Below, piece after piece: positions 15,624 through 23,798 of a stretch of 23,798 nt of DNA. Numbering within the stretch: the stretch's first letter is position 1; each line of letters begins with the position of its first letter. The stretch covers positions 1 to 23,798 of the forward strand of contig JBBRYE010000051.1 in NCBI GenBank assembly GCA_038237895.1, read 5' to 3'. This stretch comes from Sphingobacteriales bacterium. GTDB taxonomy: Bacteria; Bacteroidota; Bacteroidia; Sphingobacteriales; Sphingobacteriaceae. Both the position numbers and the translations under genes were made by a program. Under the pieces are notes generated by a model. The model saw only the letters and a program-made list of their open reading frames with translations. It did no database searches and was not told where the DNA came from.

Positions 15624-16877
15624 TTAAGATAACCTTCTAATCAACTCTGCACTTTGTTCTCTTCCTTTTTCCAGTAAAGGCTCAAAAAAAGTTTTCGCTT
15701 GGGCGAAATGTTCTTTATAGCCGTTCATGTCTTTATATTTGATAATAGATGCCCATTCCCTTACTGCGGTATGAAATTCTAAATCGTCGCCACGGATGCT
15801 TTTATCAAATAATGCGGTTTGGATAGTTTCTTCTAACAGTTCATCATTTTTAAAAAGATATTCTACAATTCCTAAACGAAGTTTAAAAGGTGGGGTTTGT
15901 CCGACTAAATTATCGTAAGGATTTATTTTTAATTGATGCCAGGCATCCACCATTGCCAAAAGGCTTAAATGTGAATTTGATTTTGCTAAAGCACTATTGC
16001 TGCCAATACTGAATTCTTTCATAATGGCATCATCAAATAAAATCAGATTATGCTGACCGTGGAAACAAAATTCCCTCGCTTCATAAATCCTTTTTCTAAA
16101 ATTCACTTCATCTTCCTGAATCATCATTTTAAACAATGCCGATTCTGATTGAGCATAAACCTCAATTTGTTTGGAAGCATAAGGGTTTAAGATTGCCAAA
16201 CCAGCATAAATATGTGCTTTATAACTAAAAATCCTGAGTGTTGTTAAAATTTTTACATTATCAATTCCAGAAACATAAGCGCCACTTTCCCAAGGATAAG
16301 TTCCAGCATTTTTCCATGCAGTGCCCATACTTTCAAAACCCATGTGCGTAACGGCTTGTGTATCGGCCATTATTTGATCATGCTGATGATAATCTTTTAA
16401 TTCTATGATTTCAGATTCTAATGTTTGTAGGATTTTAATAGCTTTTTGATAACTTTCTTTACTAATGCGATGTGGCGCAACGATTAATTTTTGACCTTTA
16501 GTTTCAAAGCCAGGGCCATGTAATGGGTGGGTTAAAATGATTTCGCAATCTTTTGGAAGGTATTTTTCAAAAGCAGCAACTTCTGGAGTTTTTACTGAAG
16601 TCATCCCGGTAACTATTGCCCCAGCCTTTGTAGCTTGTCCAGCGTAGGCAACCACTTCGTTAATTTTCTCAGCTTCAACAGCGTAAAAAATAAAATCGCA
16701 AGTATTTGAGACCTCTTTGGCATCGTTTAAAATGGTAATACCAAGTGGAGAAAGCTCTTGTTGTAGTGCTAATGTTCTTTCAGGTAAATCACATCCACAA
16801 ACTTCTAAGCCTGCTTTTGCAAAAGTACAGGCATATAATTTACCCATATCTCCCAAGCCGATAATACCAATTTTCAT
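15624..16877 (-). CDS. tyrA: Prephenate dehydrogenase, long (about 420 aa) TYR1-like form
   Basis: 417 aa. N-terminal Rossmann motif IGIIGLGDMGKLYA. Conserved blocks AFEKYLPKDCEIILTHPLHGP, ADTQAVTH, NSHLSLLAMVDAW and DDLEF..AVREW resemble, from my recall, the fungal TYR1-type enzyme rather than the short bacterial TyrA. Confidence 0.75.
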   Translation of the reverse strand: MKIGIIGLGDMGKLYACTFAKAGLEVCGCDLPERTLALQQELSPLGITILNDAKEVSNTCDFIFYAVEAEKINEVVAYAGQATKAGAIVTGMTSVKTPEVAAFEKYLPKDCEIILTHPLHGPGFETKGQKLIVAPHRISKESYQKAIKILQTLESEIIELKDYHQHDQIMADTQAVTHMGFESMGTAWKNAGTYPWESGAYVSGIDNVKILTTLRIFSYKAHIYAGLAILNPYASKQIEVYAQSESALFKMMIQEDEVNFRKRIYEAREFCFHGQHNLILFDDAIMKEFSIGSNSALAKSNSHLSLLAMVDAWHQLKINPYDNLVGQTPPFKLRLGIVEYLFKNDELLEETIQTALFDKSIRGDDLEFHTAVREWASIIKYKDMNGYKEHFAQAKTFFEPLLEKGREQSAELIRRLS

Positions 16878-16937
16878 ATGGGCTAAGATAGTTTAATTAA
16901 GAAAATTGAAAGGAATATTTATGATGGGATTTTGAAA

Positions 16938-17252
16938 TTAGGGTTTTCCTAAATTATCTAATTTATCAAGCAATTTTTCGCTGAATATTTCTTGCTTATC
17001 AAATTTATCTAACATTTTATTATTAAAATCGTCTTGTTTATCGAATCTATCAAGCATTTTTTCATTGAATATCTGTTGTTTTTCAAATTGAGTAATAGAA
17101 ATATCAAGAAGACTTTTGAGTGTAGAATCCATTTCTTCAAATTTTTTGGTATGGATATTCAAAATTTTAGTTTGATTACTCAAAATTTCCGAATGTTGAT
17201 CTTGTTTTCTCAACATTTTAGATATGACAACTGATAAGTCATTATCACTCAT
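16938..17252 (-). CDS. Small hypothetical coiled-coil protein with three 14-aa tandem repeats
   Basis: 104-aa ORF with no signal peptide and a heptad-like charged/hydrophobic pattern. It has its own flanking intergenic regions and lies downstream of a strong terminator. No family recognised. Confidence 0.55.
   Translation of the reverse strand: MSDNDLSVVISKMLRKQDQHSEILSNQTKILNIHTKKFEEMDSTLKSLLDISITQFEKQQIFNEKMLDRFDKQDDFNNKMLDKFDKQEIFSEKLLDKLDNLGKP
16962..17087 (-). repeat. 3 x 42-nt in-frame tandem repeat (FEKQQIFNEKMLDR / FDKQDDFNNKMLDK / FDKQEIFSEKLLDK)
   Basis: Direct reading of the ORF translation at aa 56-97. The period is exactly 14 codons with conserved F-[DE]-K-Q-x-x-F-x-x-K-[ML]-L-D-[RK]. 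Confidence 0.8.
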
Positions 17253-17311
17253 AAAAAATAATTTTAAACAAAATACATATTATCCTCAGAATTAAAAATT
17301 CTACTAAAAAC

Positions 17312-17344
17312 AAAAAAGCTTTTGAATGATTCAAAAGCTTTTTT
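17312..17344 (-). terminator. Rho-independent terminator after msrA (perfect palindrome, potentially bidirectional)
   Basis: AAAAAAGCTTTTGAATgATTCAAAAGCTTTTTT. The arms are perfectly complementary, with an A-run and a T-run on either side. It ends 5 nt downstream of the msrA stop. Confidence 0.72.
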
Positions 17345-17349
17345 AAAAT

Positions 17350-18030
17350 TTACGCTCCAGGCTTTAATTTGCCTTTATAAGTTTTCTTAAATTTTTCATA
17401 TCGAGGTATTGAAACACTTTTTACATAAGGATTCATGCTTCCTTTACCTCCATTAATATAATCTTGATGATATTCTTCTGCCTTATAAAAAGAATCTAAT
17501 TTTTTTAATTGAGTAACCAACGGATTAGAAAACATATTAGATGAACTTATCTTTTTTATTTCATCCATTGCAATTTGCTTTTCCGCATCGGTTTGATAAA
17601 ACAAAATGGAACGGTAAGAAGTACCTCTATCCGGACCTTGTTGATTTGGTGTTGTTGGATCATGAGATGCAAAAAACACTTTTACCAATTCGGTATAACT
17701 AATTACGTTTGGATCGTAATAAACCAAAACGCTTTCTGCATGACCTGTAGTTTCTGTATTCACTAAATCATAAGTTGGGTTTAAAGTTGTACCTCCGGCA
17801 TAACCAGAAATTACGTCTTTTACACCAACCACTGCTTCAAAAACATGTTCACTACACCAAAAACAACCTTCGGCAAATGCAGCAACTTTTTCTCCTTTTG
17901 GCGGAGTTAAATCCATTTTTAAATCTTTTTGATTCGCCTGCTTTGATGATGAACCTGTTTGTCCGTTACTATTGCAAGCACTTATCGCAATTGCGAACAA
18001 ACTCAAACTCAATAATTTTAAATATTTCAT
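17350..18030 (-). CDS. msrA: Peptide-methionine (S)-S-oxide reductase MsrA, exported lipoprotein form
   Basis: 226 aa. Lipoprotein signal with lipobox (LFAIAISAC). Catalytic GCFWC motif (AEGCFWCSEHVF). Further MsrA blocks: GYAGG, GHAE, DPT..N.QG.D.G..YRS, EYHQDY. Confidence 0.9.
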   Translation of the reverse strand: MKYLKLLSLSLFAIAISACNSNGQTGSSSKQANQKDLKMDLTPPKGEKVAAFAEGCFWCSEHVFEAVVGVKDVISGYAGGTTLNPTYDLVNTETTGHAESVLVYYDPNVISYTELVKVFFASHDPTTPNQQGPDRGTSYRSILFYQTDAEKQIAMDEIKKISSSNMFSNPLVTQLKKLDSFYKAEEYHQDYINGGKGSMNPYVKSVSIPRYEKFKKTYKGKLKPGA

Positions 18031-18290
18031 GATGATTTTTATTTGTGATTTTGTATGAATAAACGGGAAATTAGGATTAAAAGTTTTAGCGCTTTTAACA
18101 GTTAAAAGTCATGAATAAATTTGATAATTAGCTTATAATTAATTTTTAATCAGAAACTTAATTACTCGTGATTTTTTGCGTTAACGATTGAAACGACATC
18201 CTTTTTTTGCTCCCACTAAATTGCAGATAGCAAAAAAAGATACAGTGTAAAGCGTGTAAAAACGCCCAAATCAATTTTTAAACAAAACAA

Positions 18291-19832
18291 CTAGCCAGCC
18301 CAATTTTCCCTATCTAAACTTCTAAAATGAATAGCTTCGGCTAAATGTTCTATTCCAATTTGTTCACTTTCTGATAAATCTGCAATGGTACGGGCAACTT
18401 TTAAAATACGATCATAAGCTCTTGCAGATAAACCCAATTTTTCCATTGCTTTTTTAAGGAGGATTTGACCTGCGTCTGTGATTTTGCAAATAGCTCTTAC
18501 CATTTGTGGACTCATTTGAGCATTGCAATAAACGTTTTCTGTTTCTTCAAAACGCTTGGTTTGCATTTCTCTAGCTTTTATAACTCGCTCCCTTACAATC
18601 TCGCTTTTTTCAGCTTTTCTTTCTGATGATAACTCATCAAAATTAACCGGGGTAACTTCCACATGTAAATCGATCCTATCTAACAATGGGCCACTTACTT
18701 TACTCAAATATTTTTGAACAACACCCGGCCCACATACACATTCTTTTTCTGGATGGTTGTAATAACCACATGGACAAGGATTCATGGCGGCAATAAGCAT
18801 GAAACTTGCAGGATATTCTACCGACATTCTTGCTCTTGCAATGGTTACCTTTCGCTCTTCTAAGGGTTGGCGCATTACTTCTAAAACCGTTCTTTTAAAC
18901 TCTGGCAACTCGTCTAAAAACAAAACTCCGTTATGTGCCAAAGAAATTTCACCGGGTTGAGGATTGCCACCGCCGCCAACCAAAGCAACATCTGAAACGG
19001 TATGATGTGGTGAACGAAATGGTCTGCGTGTTATCAAGGCATCTGTTGTAGATAATTTACCCGCCACAGAATGTATTTTAGTGGTTTCTAATGCCTCATG
19101 CAAATTTAATGGCGGCAAAATTGTGGGTAATCTTTTGGCCAACATTGTTTTACCAGCACCTGGAGGGCCAATCAAAATAGCATTATGCCCACCTGCTGCT
19201 GCAATTTCTAAAGAACGTTTGATATTTTCTTGTCCTTTTACATCTGCAAAATCTGCATCGTAATTGTTAATGGCATGATAAAATTCATCACGAGTATCTA
19301 CAATTGTTGGTTTTGGCTTTATTCCATTTTGAAAAAAATCTACAATTTCTGAGATATGGCTAATTCCATAAACATCAATTCCACTAACTATTGCAGCTTC
19401 TCTGGCATTTTGTTGTGGTAAAATGAAACCCTTAAATTTGTCTTTTTTTGCCTGGATAGAAATTGGAAGTGCTCCTCGTAAAGCTTGCACTTGTCCGTCT
19501 AAAGATAGCTCTCCCATAATCAAATAATCCCCAATCTCTTCACTAGGAATTTGACCAGAATCTGCCAGAATACCAGTAGCAATACTTAAATCATAAGCAG
19601 AGCCTTCTTTTCTAATATCGGCTGGAGCCATGTTTACTACAATTTTCATCCGTGGCATACGCAAACCGCTATTGGTTAAGGCACTTTCTATACGTAGCAT
19701 ACTTTCTTTAACCGCATTATCAGGAAGCCCAACAATAAAATATTTGGAAATACCTTTAGAAATATCAACCTCAATGGTTATAGGGATGGCTTCTACACCA
19801 TAAACAGCACTTCCAAATATTTTTACCGGCAT
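18291..19832 (-). CDS. comM: YifB/ComM family Mg-chelatase-like AAA+ ATPase
   Basis: 513 aa. N-terminal Lon-protease-like/ChlI domain (DLSIATGILA), Walker A GPPGAGKT, Walker B VLFLDELPEF, a cysteine cluster (NPCPCGY...CVC), and a C-terminal helical domain (SARAYDRILKVARTIADL). Confidence 0.9.
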   Translation of the reverse strand: MPVKIFGSAVYGVEAIPITIEVDISKGISKYFIVGLPDNAVKESMLRIESALTNSGLRMPRMKIVVNMAPADIRKEGSAYDLSIATGILADSGQIPSEEIGDYLIMGELSLDGQVQALRGALPISIQAKKDKFKGFILPQQNAREAAIVSGIDVYGISHISEIVDFFQNGIKPKPTIVDTRDEFYHAINNYDADFADVKGQENIKRSLEIAAAGGHNAILIGPPGAGKTMLAKRLPTILPPLNLHEALETTKIHSVAGKLSTTDALITRRPFRSPHHTVSDVALVGGGGNPQPGEISLAHNGVLFLDELPEFKRTVLEVMRQPLEERKVTIARARMSVEYPASFMLIAAMNPCPCGYYNHPEKECVCGPGVVQKYLSKVSGPLLDRIDLHVEVTPVNFDELSSERKAEKSEIVRERVIKAREMQTKRFEETENVYCNAQMSPQMVRAICKITDAGQILLKKAMEKLGLSARAYDRILKVARTIADLSESEQIGIEHLAEAIHFRSLDRENWAG

Positions 19833-19929
19833 ATAGATTTACAAATTGTGAACAACATAACTGTTTAGTAAATCTAAATTTATTTTTTGTTTTCCCAATT
19901 TATCGTTTTTAAAACAGCTTAAAAATGTA

Positions 19930-21567
19930 TTAAACAAACTTTTGAATAGCCGTAGGAATGAATTTTGGAGCTTTTCTCATTTTTGTTGCTTGCTCAAATG
20001 CGTAAGTAATTTTTATTAATTCAGCTTCTTGATAAGCATCTGCAATAAAAGAAATACCTATTGGCAATTCATGTAACATGCCCATAGGTAATGTAATATG
20101 AGGATAACCGGCGGTTGCAGCAGGACCTGAAAACGAAAATCCAGTACCATAATCTCCATTGATATTATCAATACATGCAGCCGGACCATTAGAAATACCA
20201 CAAATAGCATCTAATTGATTCTCTTTTAATATACTGCTAATGATCTTTCTTGAGCTTGTGGATTTTATTAAAGCATCTTTATAAGCTTTAGAATTTAAGT
20301 CTTCTTTTGCATTGCTACTTTCTAAGGTTTCTTGTTTAAAGTAAGGCATTACAGTTTTTTCGTTGGCTTTGTTAAAGGAAATTATTTCTGCCAAGGTTTT
20401 TACTTTTGTGTTAGCGGTTGCCAGATATTTATTTAAGCCATCTTTAAACTCAAATTGCAAAACTTCAAATTCGCCGTTATCGCCACCTTCATTAATTTTT
20501 TTTAATAATTCAACTTCAATAATTATTGCACCTTTATCTTTCAAGGTTTTTATGGCATCTTTAAAAATATCAATCACTTCCTGGTTTCCTCGTCTATAAA
20601 AGGATTTTTCTACACCAATTCTTTTCCCTTTTAAACCATCAAGAGATAAGCCTAAAGTATAATCTGTTTTTGCTTTTCCTTTGCTTTCTAAGGTAGCTGG
20701 ATCTTGAGGATCTACGCCGGCTAAAACACTTAGAAAAATTGCAGCATCTTTTACTGTACGGCCCATTGGACCGGCGGTATCTTGTGTTGCTGAAATTGGG
20801 ATAATTCCTGTTCTACTTAATAAACCTACAGTGGGTTTAATTCCTACTAGTCCGTTCATTGAAGATGGGGAAGTTATAGAGCCATCTGTTTCTGTTCCAA
20901 TACCTATCACACAAAAATTTGCTGCCACTGCAGCACCTGTACCAGCACTAGAACCTGATGGATTTCTGTCTAATATATAAGGCATTCTAGTTTGTCCGCC
21001 ACGACTGCTCCAACCACTTGTAGATTTTCCAGATTTAAAATTTGCCCACTCGCTTAAATTAGTTTTACCTAATAAAACTGCCCCAGCATTTCTTAATTGT
21101 TGCACTATAAATGCATCTTTACTTGCTATATTGCCAATAAGGGCGGTTGCCCCAGCAGTTGTCATCATTTTATCGGCGGTATCAATATTGTCTTTAATTA
21201 ATACTGGAATTCCATGCATTTTACCACGGATTTTACCGCTTTTACGCTCGCTATCCATTTGCTCTGCAATTTTGATAGCATCTGGATTAAGTTCTATAAC
21301 AGCATTTAGAAAAGGGCCTTGCTTATCCATTTTATCAATCCTTTTCAAATACATTTGTGTTAATGCTTTTGAAGACAATTGACGTTTAGACATTTTTTCT
21401 TGCAGTTGATCAATAGTAATTTCATTAAGCTCAAAATCATCTACAAATTCTTTATCTGTTATTGATGTTGATTTTTCCTTTGGTTGCGTAGCAAATGATC
21501 CAGAGGCTAAGACGGTAGTTGCCGCCGCAGCAACAGAAGTACTAATGATAAACTTTCTTCTATTCAT
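19930..21567 (-). CDS. Amidase-signature family hydrolase with a Tat-type signal peptide (peptide-amidase-like)
   Basis: 545 aa. Twin-arginine N-terminus MNRRKFIISTSVAAAATTVLASG. Amidase-signature elements: IPVLIKDNIDT (catalytic Lys), GSSAGTGAAVAA (Gly/Ser-rich Ser-cisSer block), GTETDGSI. Confidence 0.82.
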   Translation of the reverse strand: MNRRKFIISTSVAAAATTVLASGSFATQPKEKSTSITDKEFVDDFELNEITIDQLQEKMSKRQLSSKALTQMYLKRIDKMDKQGPFLNAVIELNPDAIKIAEQMDSERKSGKIRGKMHGIPVLIKDNIDTADKMMTTAGATALIGNIASKDAFIVQQLRNAGAVLLGKTNLSEWANFKSGKSTSGWSSRGGQTRMPYILDRNPSGSSAGTGAAVAANFCVIGIGTETDGSITSPSSMNGLVGIKPTVGLLSRTGIIPISATQDTAGPMGRTVKDAAIFLSVLAGVDPQDPATLESKGKAKTDYTLGLSLDGLKGKRIGVEKSFYRRGNQEVIDIFKDAIKTLKDKGAIIIEVELLKKINEGGDNGEFEVLQFEFKDGLNKYLATANTKVKTLAEIISFNKANEKTVMPYFKQETLESSNAKEDLNSKAYKDALIKSTSSRKIISSILKENQLDAICGISNGPAACIDNINGDYGTGFSFSGPAATAGYPHITLPMGMLHELPIGISFIADAYQEAELIKITYAFEQATKMRKAPKFIPTAIQKFV

Positions 21568-21640
21568 TTTATCTTAATTAAATTTCTAATATAATAAATT
21601 TCAATTTAAGGATTTTATAATATTAGGATTGCTATTAAAC

Positions 21641-21671
21641 AAAAAAAGCCCAGATAAATCTGCGCTTTTTT
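21641..21671 (-). terminator. Probable rho-independent terminator after the S41 protease gene
   Basis: The minus strand reads GCGCAGAtttaTCTGGGC followed by TTTTTTT: a 7-bp stem with one mismatch, about 22 nt downstream of the stop. Confidence 0.5.
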
Positions 21672-21692
21672 GTGTTGTAATAAATTTTTTAC

Positions 21693-23768
21693 TTAAAACT
21701 TCATGTTTTTAACAATTTTTGGATCAGCAATGTAATCTGTTATGATTTTCATAGATTCATCTTGCATAAAATCAAAATTATCTTCTTTAGCGGGTTTTGT
21801 TGCTCCTTTTACCAAAGCTGGTAACCCTCTTAATTTTCTTAAATCATTATCACGCTTAAAATTTTTATCTTCTTGCTCATCACGTTGTTTCTTTAAAGCA
21901 ACTTCATTTAATGGTAAAGTTGTTTCCGTTTCTCTTTTCTTAAAATCTTGAATGTCTTGCAATAAATATTCATAATCCTTACTAGCTTTCATTCTTTGAT
22001 TATGTAATTGATTAAGCTCTAAAATTGTAATCTTTAAATCTCCAATCTTAGTATAATTACTACTTTTAATGGTATCAAATGGTAATGCCGAAGGTTCTGA
22101 ACTCTCTCCATATTTATCAGCAGGAAAAACAGTTGGAAATAAAATATCTGGTATTACACCTTTATGCTGAGTTGAACTACCGTTAATACGATAAAACTTG
22201 CCCATTGTTAAATTAATCTGATCGTTCTTATCGGCAAATTTAGAGTCAATCCTTTTCATGGCAATTGCAGATTGAACTGTACCTTTTCCATAAGTTGTAT
22301 TCCCTATAATTATACCTCTTCCGTAATCTTGAATTGCACCTGCAAAAATCTCAGAAGCAGAAGCACTAAATCTATCCGTCATTATTGCTAAAGGGCCGCT
22401 CCAACTTACAGATGGATCTTCATCTGAATCTACTTCTACTTTACCCTTATAATCTTTAACCTGTACAACCGGACCTTTAGGGATAAATAGACCTGTTAAA
22501 TCAATAGCTTCTGTTAAAGAACCCCCTCCGTTGGTACGTAAATCTATTATTACCCCATCAACATTTTCTTTTTTTAGAGAATCTAAAATTAATTTCACAT
22601 CTCTGGTTGTAGACTTGTAATTAGGGTCTCCGGCTTGCATTGCGGCCCAATCAGCATAAAAAGCAGGAATTTCTATAATGCCATAATTATAAGTTTTACC
22701 ATCCTTTGTAACAGATTTTATTTTTTTCTGTACAGATTGATCTTCTAAAATAATTTTATCACGAACAATAGAAACTAATTTAGGAGTTGCAGATAAATCT
22801 TGGTTTTTAGATAGAATTTTTAATCTAACTGTTGTTCCTTTTTTTCCTCTAATTAATTCAATGGCATTGTCTATCCTCCATCCTACTATATCAACAAATT
22901 CTTCTGTTCCTTGGGCAACACCAATAATCTTATCATCAATTTTTAATTGTTTTATTTTATCCGCTGGCCCACCTGGCACTATACTTTTTATAGTAACAAA
23001 TTCATTTTCAGATGCTAAGGTTGCCCCAATTCCTTCTAATGATCTTGCCATATCAATTGTGAAATTAGCTGCGTTTGCTGGATTGAAATAACTTGTATGC
23101 GGATCAATAGCGCTTGTAAATGCCGTCATAATGACTTGAAATGCATCTTGATTATTGATTTTTTTAGATTGAGATAATAAATTTTCATACCTCTTTTTAA
23201 GTGTTGCATTAATTAGCGAATCTTTTTGTTTAGAAAGTTTTAAATTCAATATGTCATACTTCACCTTATTTTCCCAAGATTGGTCGCTTTCTTCTATATT
23301 TTTAAAATAATCCAGTTTTTCACGATCATATACATAAGTATCATTTTTTGTGTAATCAAATTTATTTTGCAATTCTTTCAGAGAATATGCCATTCTCTCA
23401 TTATAACGCTTTTGATAAACATTAAACATGTAAAATGCAGCTGTTAAATCACCACTTTTCATATCATCATCAAAAGTTTTACGATATTTTTCAAAGTCTT
23501 GAACATCAGAAGCTATAAAATAGCTTTTATTGCCATCTAAGCCCTTTAAGTAATTGTTAAAAATAACTGACCCAATTGAATCATTAAGCGTTATTTTTTT
23601 ATATCCTAAATTGGCAACCAAATCTGCAATTTCTTTGGTTACCTGAGACTGACGAGGATCTGGTTTTAAATTATTAGAACCTGGAACATCTATTCCTACA
23701 ACTCTTGGCGCAGCAGAACACGCAATTGTAGCTGCTATAAATAATCCTAAAAAAACTTTTTTTAACAT
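21693..23768 (-). CDS. prc: Tail-specific (C-terminal processing) protease, S41A family, Prc-like long form; probable lipoprotein
   Basis: The track ORF starts at GTG at the window edge. I prefer ATG at 23768 (MLKKVFLGLFIAATIACS), which gives a clean signal peptide with Cys. PDZ region, catalytic Ser block RFSASASEIFAGA and Lys block TYGKGTVQ. The long charged C-terminal region is typical of Prc. Confidence 0.85.
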   Translation of the reverse strand: MLKKVFLGLFIAATIACSAAPRVVGIDVPGSNNLKPDPRQSQVTKEIADLVANLGYKKITLNDSIGSVIFNNYLKGLDGNKSYFIASDVQDFEKYRKTFDDDMKSGDLTAAFYMFNVYQKRYNERMAYSLKELQNKFDYTKNDTYVYDREKLDYFKNIEESDQSWENKVKYDILNLKLSKQKDSLINATLKKRYENLLSQSKKINNQDAFQVIMTAFTSAIDPHTSYFNPANAANFTIDMARSLEGIGATLASENEFVTIKSIVPGGPADKIKQLKIDDKIIGVAQGTEEFVDIVGWRIDNAIELIRGKKGTTVRLKILSKNQDLSATPKLVSIVRDKIILEDQSVQKKIKSVTKDGKTYNYGIIEIPAFYADWAAMQAGDPNYKSTTRDVKLILDSLKKENVDGVIIDLRTNGGGSLTEAIDLTGLFIPKGPVVQVKDYKGKVEVDSDEDPSVSWSGPLAIMTDRFSASASEIFAGAIQDYGRGIIIGNTTYGKGTVQSAIAMKRIDSKFADKNDQINLTMGKFYRINGSSTQHKGVIPDILFPTVFPADKYGESSEPSALPFDTIKSSNYTKIGDLKITILELNQLHNQRMKASKDYEYLLQDIQDFKKRETETTLPLNEVALKKQRDEQEDKNFKRDNDLRKLRGLPALVKGATKPAKEDNFDFMQDESMKIITDYIADPKIVKNMKF

Positions 23769-23798
23769 AATCTTGAATTTTTCAAACTCTATACTCAC

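Noticed and set aside
18092-18108. Palindrome CTTTTAAcagTTAAAAG in the msrA upstream region
   Set aside because: A 7-bp AT-rich half-site with no recognisable operator consensus. Within chance expectation.
18201-18239. Hairpin CTTTTTTTGCT-N17-AGCAAAAAAAG downstream of comM
   Set aside because: It is an 11-bp stem, but almost all A:T, with a 17-nt loop and no T-tract after the 3' arm on the minus strand. It is not a convincing intrinsic terminator, and I recognised no RNA family.
19834-19876. 9-bp inverted repeat TAGATTTAC ... GTAAATCTA immediately upstream of the comM start codon
   Set aside because: Short, AT-rich, with a 25-nt loop. Such repeats are common by chance at this composition. 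There is no second copy or other supporting feature.
17034-21951. Plus-strand ORFs antisense to the coiled-coil gene, msrA, comM, the amidase and prc (17034-17234, 17575-17766, 17775-18032, 19081-19263, 20363-20599, 21131-21382, 21742-21951; also 22861-23091)
   Set aside because: All are antisense shadows of genes with strong motif support.
23769-23798. GTG-initiated 10-codon N-terminal extension of the S41 protease (MSIEFEKFKI...) reaching the window edge
   Set aside because: The ATG at 23768 gives a canonical signal peptide with Cys (MLKKVFLGLFIAATIACS). The extension would bury it. The frame being open to the window edge is not evidence of coding.
1-23798. Scan for CRISPR arrays, tRNA/rRNA genes, IS elements, integrases and prophage genes
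   Set aside because: There are no regularly spaced direct repeats, no GC-rich cloverleaf-like segments in any intergenic region, and no ORF with transposase, integrase or phage motifs. The only mobile-like signature is the IR-bounded GxxExxY cassette reported above.

Overview
AT-rich (about one-third G+C by eye) chromosomal segment with Bacteroidota hallmarks: a T9SS C-terminal sorting domain, TAnnTTTG-type promoter boxes, a propeller/Y_Y_Y LytS-type sensor, and long ParC/ParE-type topoisomerase IV genes. I can support 14 protein-coding genes, 12 of them on the minus strand. Left to right they are: a HEPN/MNT pair (the MNT gene runs off the left edge and is missing from the ORF track), parC, a GxxExxY (PD-(D/E)XK-like) gene, cdd, parE, a divergent LytS-type histidine kinase plus LytTR response regulator on the plus strand, a 1504-aa T9SS-secreted protein built from four Fn3+LamG modules, a long TYR1-like prephenate dehydrogenase, a small repeat-containing coiled-coil protein, lipoprotein MsrA, ComM/YifB, a Tat-signal amidase, and a Prc-type S41 protease. 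I saw no rRNA, tRNA, CRISPR array, transposase, integrase or phage genes. I do not see a convincing novel multi-gene system. The best lead is the 715-bp span (3490-4203) bounded by 30-nt inverted repeats that carries the GxxExxY gene and splits the topo IV gene string. The HEPN/MNT pair attached to the 3' end of parC adds to this. Other second-look items are the fourfold Fn3-LamG secreted protein, the fungal-type prephenate dehydrogenase, a 3 x 42-nt repeat protein, and a phased direct repeat upstream of the LytS/LytTR operon. All family assignments come from motif recognition by eye. No searches were run.
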